64,000 bases of DNA from Octopus vulgaris (taxonomy: Eukaryota): positions 128,526,001-128,590,000 of the forward strand of contig OX597816.1 in assembly GCA_951406725.2 (NCBI GenBank), in the 5' to 3' direction. Under the pieces are notes generated by a model. It searched no databases. It worked only from the letters and a program-made list of their open reading frames with translations, and was not told the origin of the DNA. The position numbers and the translations under genes are program-made. This document shows, one piece after another, positions 62,623 to 64,000 of this stretch (position 1 is the stretch's first letter; each line of letters opens with the position of its first letter).

Positions 62623-64000
62623 GTATGTGTGTGTATTCATTGGACATTTGAAAATTAGATATAATGACATCTATCTTTAGATGCGACACCAAAACTAGAA
62701 TTGTATATCTGGTGCTTTAATATTTTATATAATTCAGATGTTTTCATATGCAATATTTAAGGCACATGACCTGACTAGGATCTATCCCTGCTCACCCATG
62801 ACTCATAATGGAGGATTTTCGGTTGCTATTACAAAGTGTTTCTGTTGTTTCTTGGTACCTATTTAAAGATTGGTGGCGCTATGTATCATCATTATTTAAT
62901 TATATTTGCAAGCAACATTGCAAAGTACTGAAGAGGAGATATAACAATTGACCCTTTCTACTGCTAAGATAACACACTACCAACTCGACAAACTATAATT
63001 TACGTAGAATCTGTGGTGATATAAAAAAAAATATATTTATATATATATATAATAATAAATCCATCGTCAGAAGTCATCACTTCATTTCAAACATTCAAAT
63101 GGTAAAGATGGGGAAAACAAAATATAATTATTGCTAAAATGGGATATAAGGCTACCAAACGCCAATAAGAGAATCTTTATTGAATGCTATATTATGTTTT
63201 CGTACAAGAATTGAAAACCAGTCTTCAGTTCCTAACAACCATAACCTAATAATATACAGCAGTATGTTTTTTCCTGTGTAATACATACAAAAAGCCTAAC
63301 AGAGAAAATTGAGAAAACTTTGTGATTAGTTGTGTTATGTAAACAGCTTTGTTTATTCCTGTGATAATGTTACCACTTTCTTTGTTTCCAAATATTTTTT
63401 ATTGTAGATTGCCTCCTAGTTATAGATAGAACATAATTTTCACTCCTTTTTATTTAATACTAATAGTTTGCACTCTGTTTCTATTAACTTACTAAGTTAT
63501 GGAAAGTTATAAAAACATTCCATTGTCAATCATAACCATCATCAAACCTGCATCACCTAATACCAAACTGCTGTCATCATTGAAATAGAATAACTTAGTA
63601 TCACCAGCATTTCCTTACAGATAACCAGTACAGTCCCTTTTTTTTTCTCTTTTGTTTTGAAACTAGTAAGAAACACTGAAACACCTAAAAGTTTCTACTT
63701 TCATTTTCATTTTCTGCACCATTATGAATGAAAAGAATTTTGTCTATAGGGTGACACAAAGTTTTATAAATAAAAAAATGATCAATATTTTTTGGAAGAT
63801 TAGTCAATTTCTCTCTTATGATTACATTTACACTCTGATACTGTTTTCACTATTGCATTTAGCTTTTTTTTCTTTTTTGTCATTCCCACTAATTTTGTAC
63901 TGTAATATCCTTTTATATGTTATTTGTTCTATTGTTAAAGTAAATGGACAGACAATAAGCTGCAACAATAAATGTCTTTACTTTTTTAAGGAAATATTTG

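Overview
AT-rich, microsatellite-dense eukaryotic genomic DNA with no intact protein-coding gene. The SINE, RTE-tail and microsatellite content strongly suggests a coleoid cephalopod (Octopus-like) intron or intergenic region; this is inferred from repeat recognition, not a database search. Nearly all ORFs in the supplied track are translations of (TA)n/(CA)n/(ATG)n repeats or SINEs. Real coding remnants are all from mobile elements: Penelope-like (PLE) GIY-YIG and linker regions, RTE and CR1/L2-type LINEs, an R4/Dong-like RLE tail, and maT, Tc1, pogo and hAT-Buster transposases. Also present are piggyBac-type MITEs, a probable solo LTR and a Helitron-like end. The most interesting signal is a dispersed set of short inserts, mostly next to TA repeats, that carry type I hammerhead-ribozyme motifs. 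About eight range from near-canonical to degenerate, several sit in palindromic or foldback DNA, and they show compensatory base-pair changes. They co-occur with PLE coding remnants, suggesting a diverse non-autonomous PLE/retrozyme-like system. Coordinates were read by eye, so element boundaries are approximate.
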